Positions 62,789 through 64,000 of a stretch of 64,000 bases of DNA are shown piece by piece (the first letter of the stretch is position 1; the number at the start of each line of letters is the position of its first letter). The notes under the pieces are model-generated. The model searched no databases and was not told the origin of the DNA. It saw nothing but the letters and a program-made list of their open reading frames with translations. Position numbers and translations under genes: made by a program. The stretch is from the NCBI RefSeq assembly GCF_048593235.1, contig NC_133620.1, positions 296,685,765 through 296,749,764 of the forward strand, given 5' to 3'. This DNA is from Sminthopsis crassicaudata. Lineage: Eukaryota.

Positions 62789-63639
62789 CAGGAAGTCTTT
62801 CTGCTTCTTCCTCTCCAAGTCATCTTTGTATTTTTTTGTCACTTATTTACAATTAAGTGTCTTGCAAAGGATCACACAACTAGTAAGGTAGGATTTTGAA
62901 CTCAAATTTTCTTGATTCCAGGCCCAGTGCCCTATCTACTGTGCCACCTACTTGCCCAAAAGATGTAGGATTAAAAAGAAAAAAAAAACTTTTGAAAGCT
63001 ACTCAAGAAGCCCTTTTGTATACACAGATGGTTACAGGACTAACACTGAAAATGTATTGATTGGACACAAAATTTTTGGCTGGACAAAATCATTAAAAAA
63101 TGATAACATTTCTGTTGAAGAACCTATTCTTACCCTCCCTTTGTTCACTTTCTTTCCAGTAGATGGCAGCAGCAGCTTGGTCCAGAAGCGGTCAATTATC
63201 ACTTTGATAGAGCCGAGGACTGATAGCTGTGGAGAGAGAAGGAGGGGGCATCTAGGCCAGAGTTTGAGACATAAGAGTTGTAAAGAAATATTTGCAATAG
63301 GGATGTTGTCCTAGAAACAGGAGTAAATTAGTAAAATAGGAATAAAAGGCAATGTGCACTTTTTTGTAGTTTGTGTGTTGAGTCAGTTGAGTGAGAGGTG
63401 TCCTTTTGAATAAGGTGATATTTTCTTTTTAATTTGCTTTGTTAATCTATCCCAGTTAGATTTAATATCTGGTTGGGGTTTGAGTTATAGCTATGTGGCA
63501 AGGCTGGCCAATAAGCCCAGTCCTTGGGAGTCTATGCAGAATGCTTGGCTGCTAGAATTCTCAAGTGGACTTTGGACACTGGACTTGGGAACTCAGGGTC
63601 TGGTCTTTTGGGAGTTTAGTTATAGCTAAACACAGTTGC

Positions 63640-63860
63640 AACTAGAAAGTGCGGTAGATAGAATACTGGGCTTTCTGAGTTCAAATCTGACCTAGGATGC
63701 TAACTATGTGACTCTGGAAAAGTCACTTAATCCTGTTTGCCTCAGATTCTTCACTTGTAAAATAAATTGAAAAAGGAAATGGCAAATCACTCCAGTATTT
63801 TTACCAAGATAATCTCAAATGAGATCACGAAGAATCAGACACATCTGAAAATGACTGACT
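63640..63860 (+). mobile_element. Mar1-type CORE-SINE
   Basis: B box, CORE and ggaaatggcaaatcactccagtatt tail. Confidence 0.75.
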
Positions 63861-64000
63861 AAAAATACTTGCACAGCCAGAATCAGGGTACTTTCAAAAA
63901 GCACTAGTCAAACAGAAAACCTCTCGGTGTTCCAATAAGAGAAGAGACATAATGCTGTAAGGTCATTTAATAGTTAACAAAAGGAGATTTATTTACCATA

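Noticed and set aside
62952-63314. 120-aa plus-strand ORF
   Set aside because: TTG start in a SINE end, poly-K from an A-run, no domain or splice support

Overview
Eukaryotic (marsupial, dasyurid-like) genomic window, syntenic by recalled gene order to human 17p13.1. I reconstructed five genes exon by exon with GT-AG boundaries and consistent phases. They are the last 3 coding exons of CHD3 (+), RNF227 (-, 2 coding exons, 182 aa), KCNAB3 (-, 14 exons, 409 aa), TRAPPC1 (-, 4 coding exons, 145 aa) and CNTROB (+, 19 coding exons, 900 aa). TRAPPC1 and CNTROB share a bidirectional CpG promoter. The rest is L1, L2, L3/CR1, WSINE1/Mar1 SINEs, solo LTRs, a hAT MITE and three N gaps. Most notable observations: (1) a second, fully open 175-codon reading frame across the last three CHD3 exons that would replace the C-terminal SIM and escape NMD; (2) radical substitutions at three NADPH-pocket positions of an otherwise intact Kv-beta3; (3) two local inverted near-copies of old repeat-derived DNA at about 93-94% identity; (4) a U12-type intron in TRAPPC1; (5) an OC1-like hAT element of a horizontally transferred family. 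Orthologue sequences and repeat names are from memory and were not database-checked.
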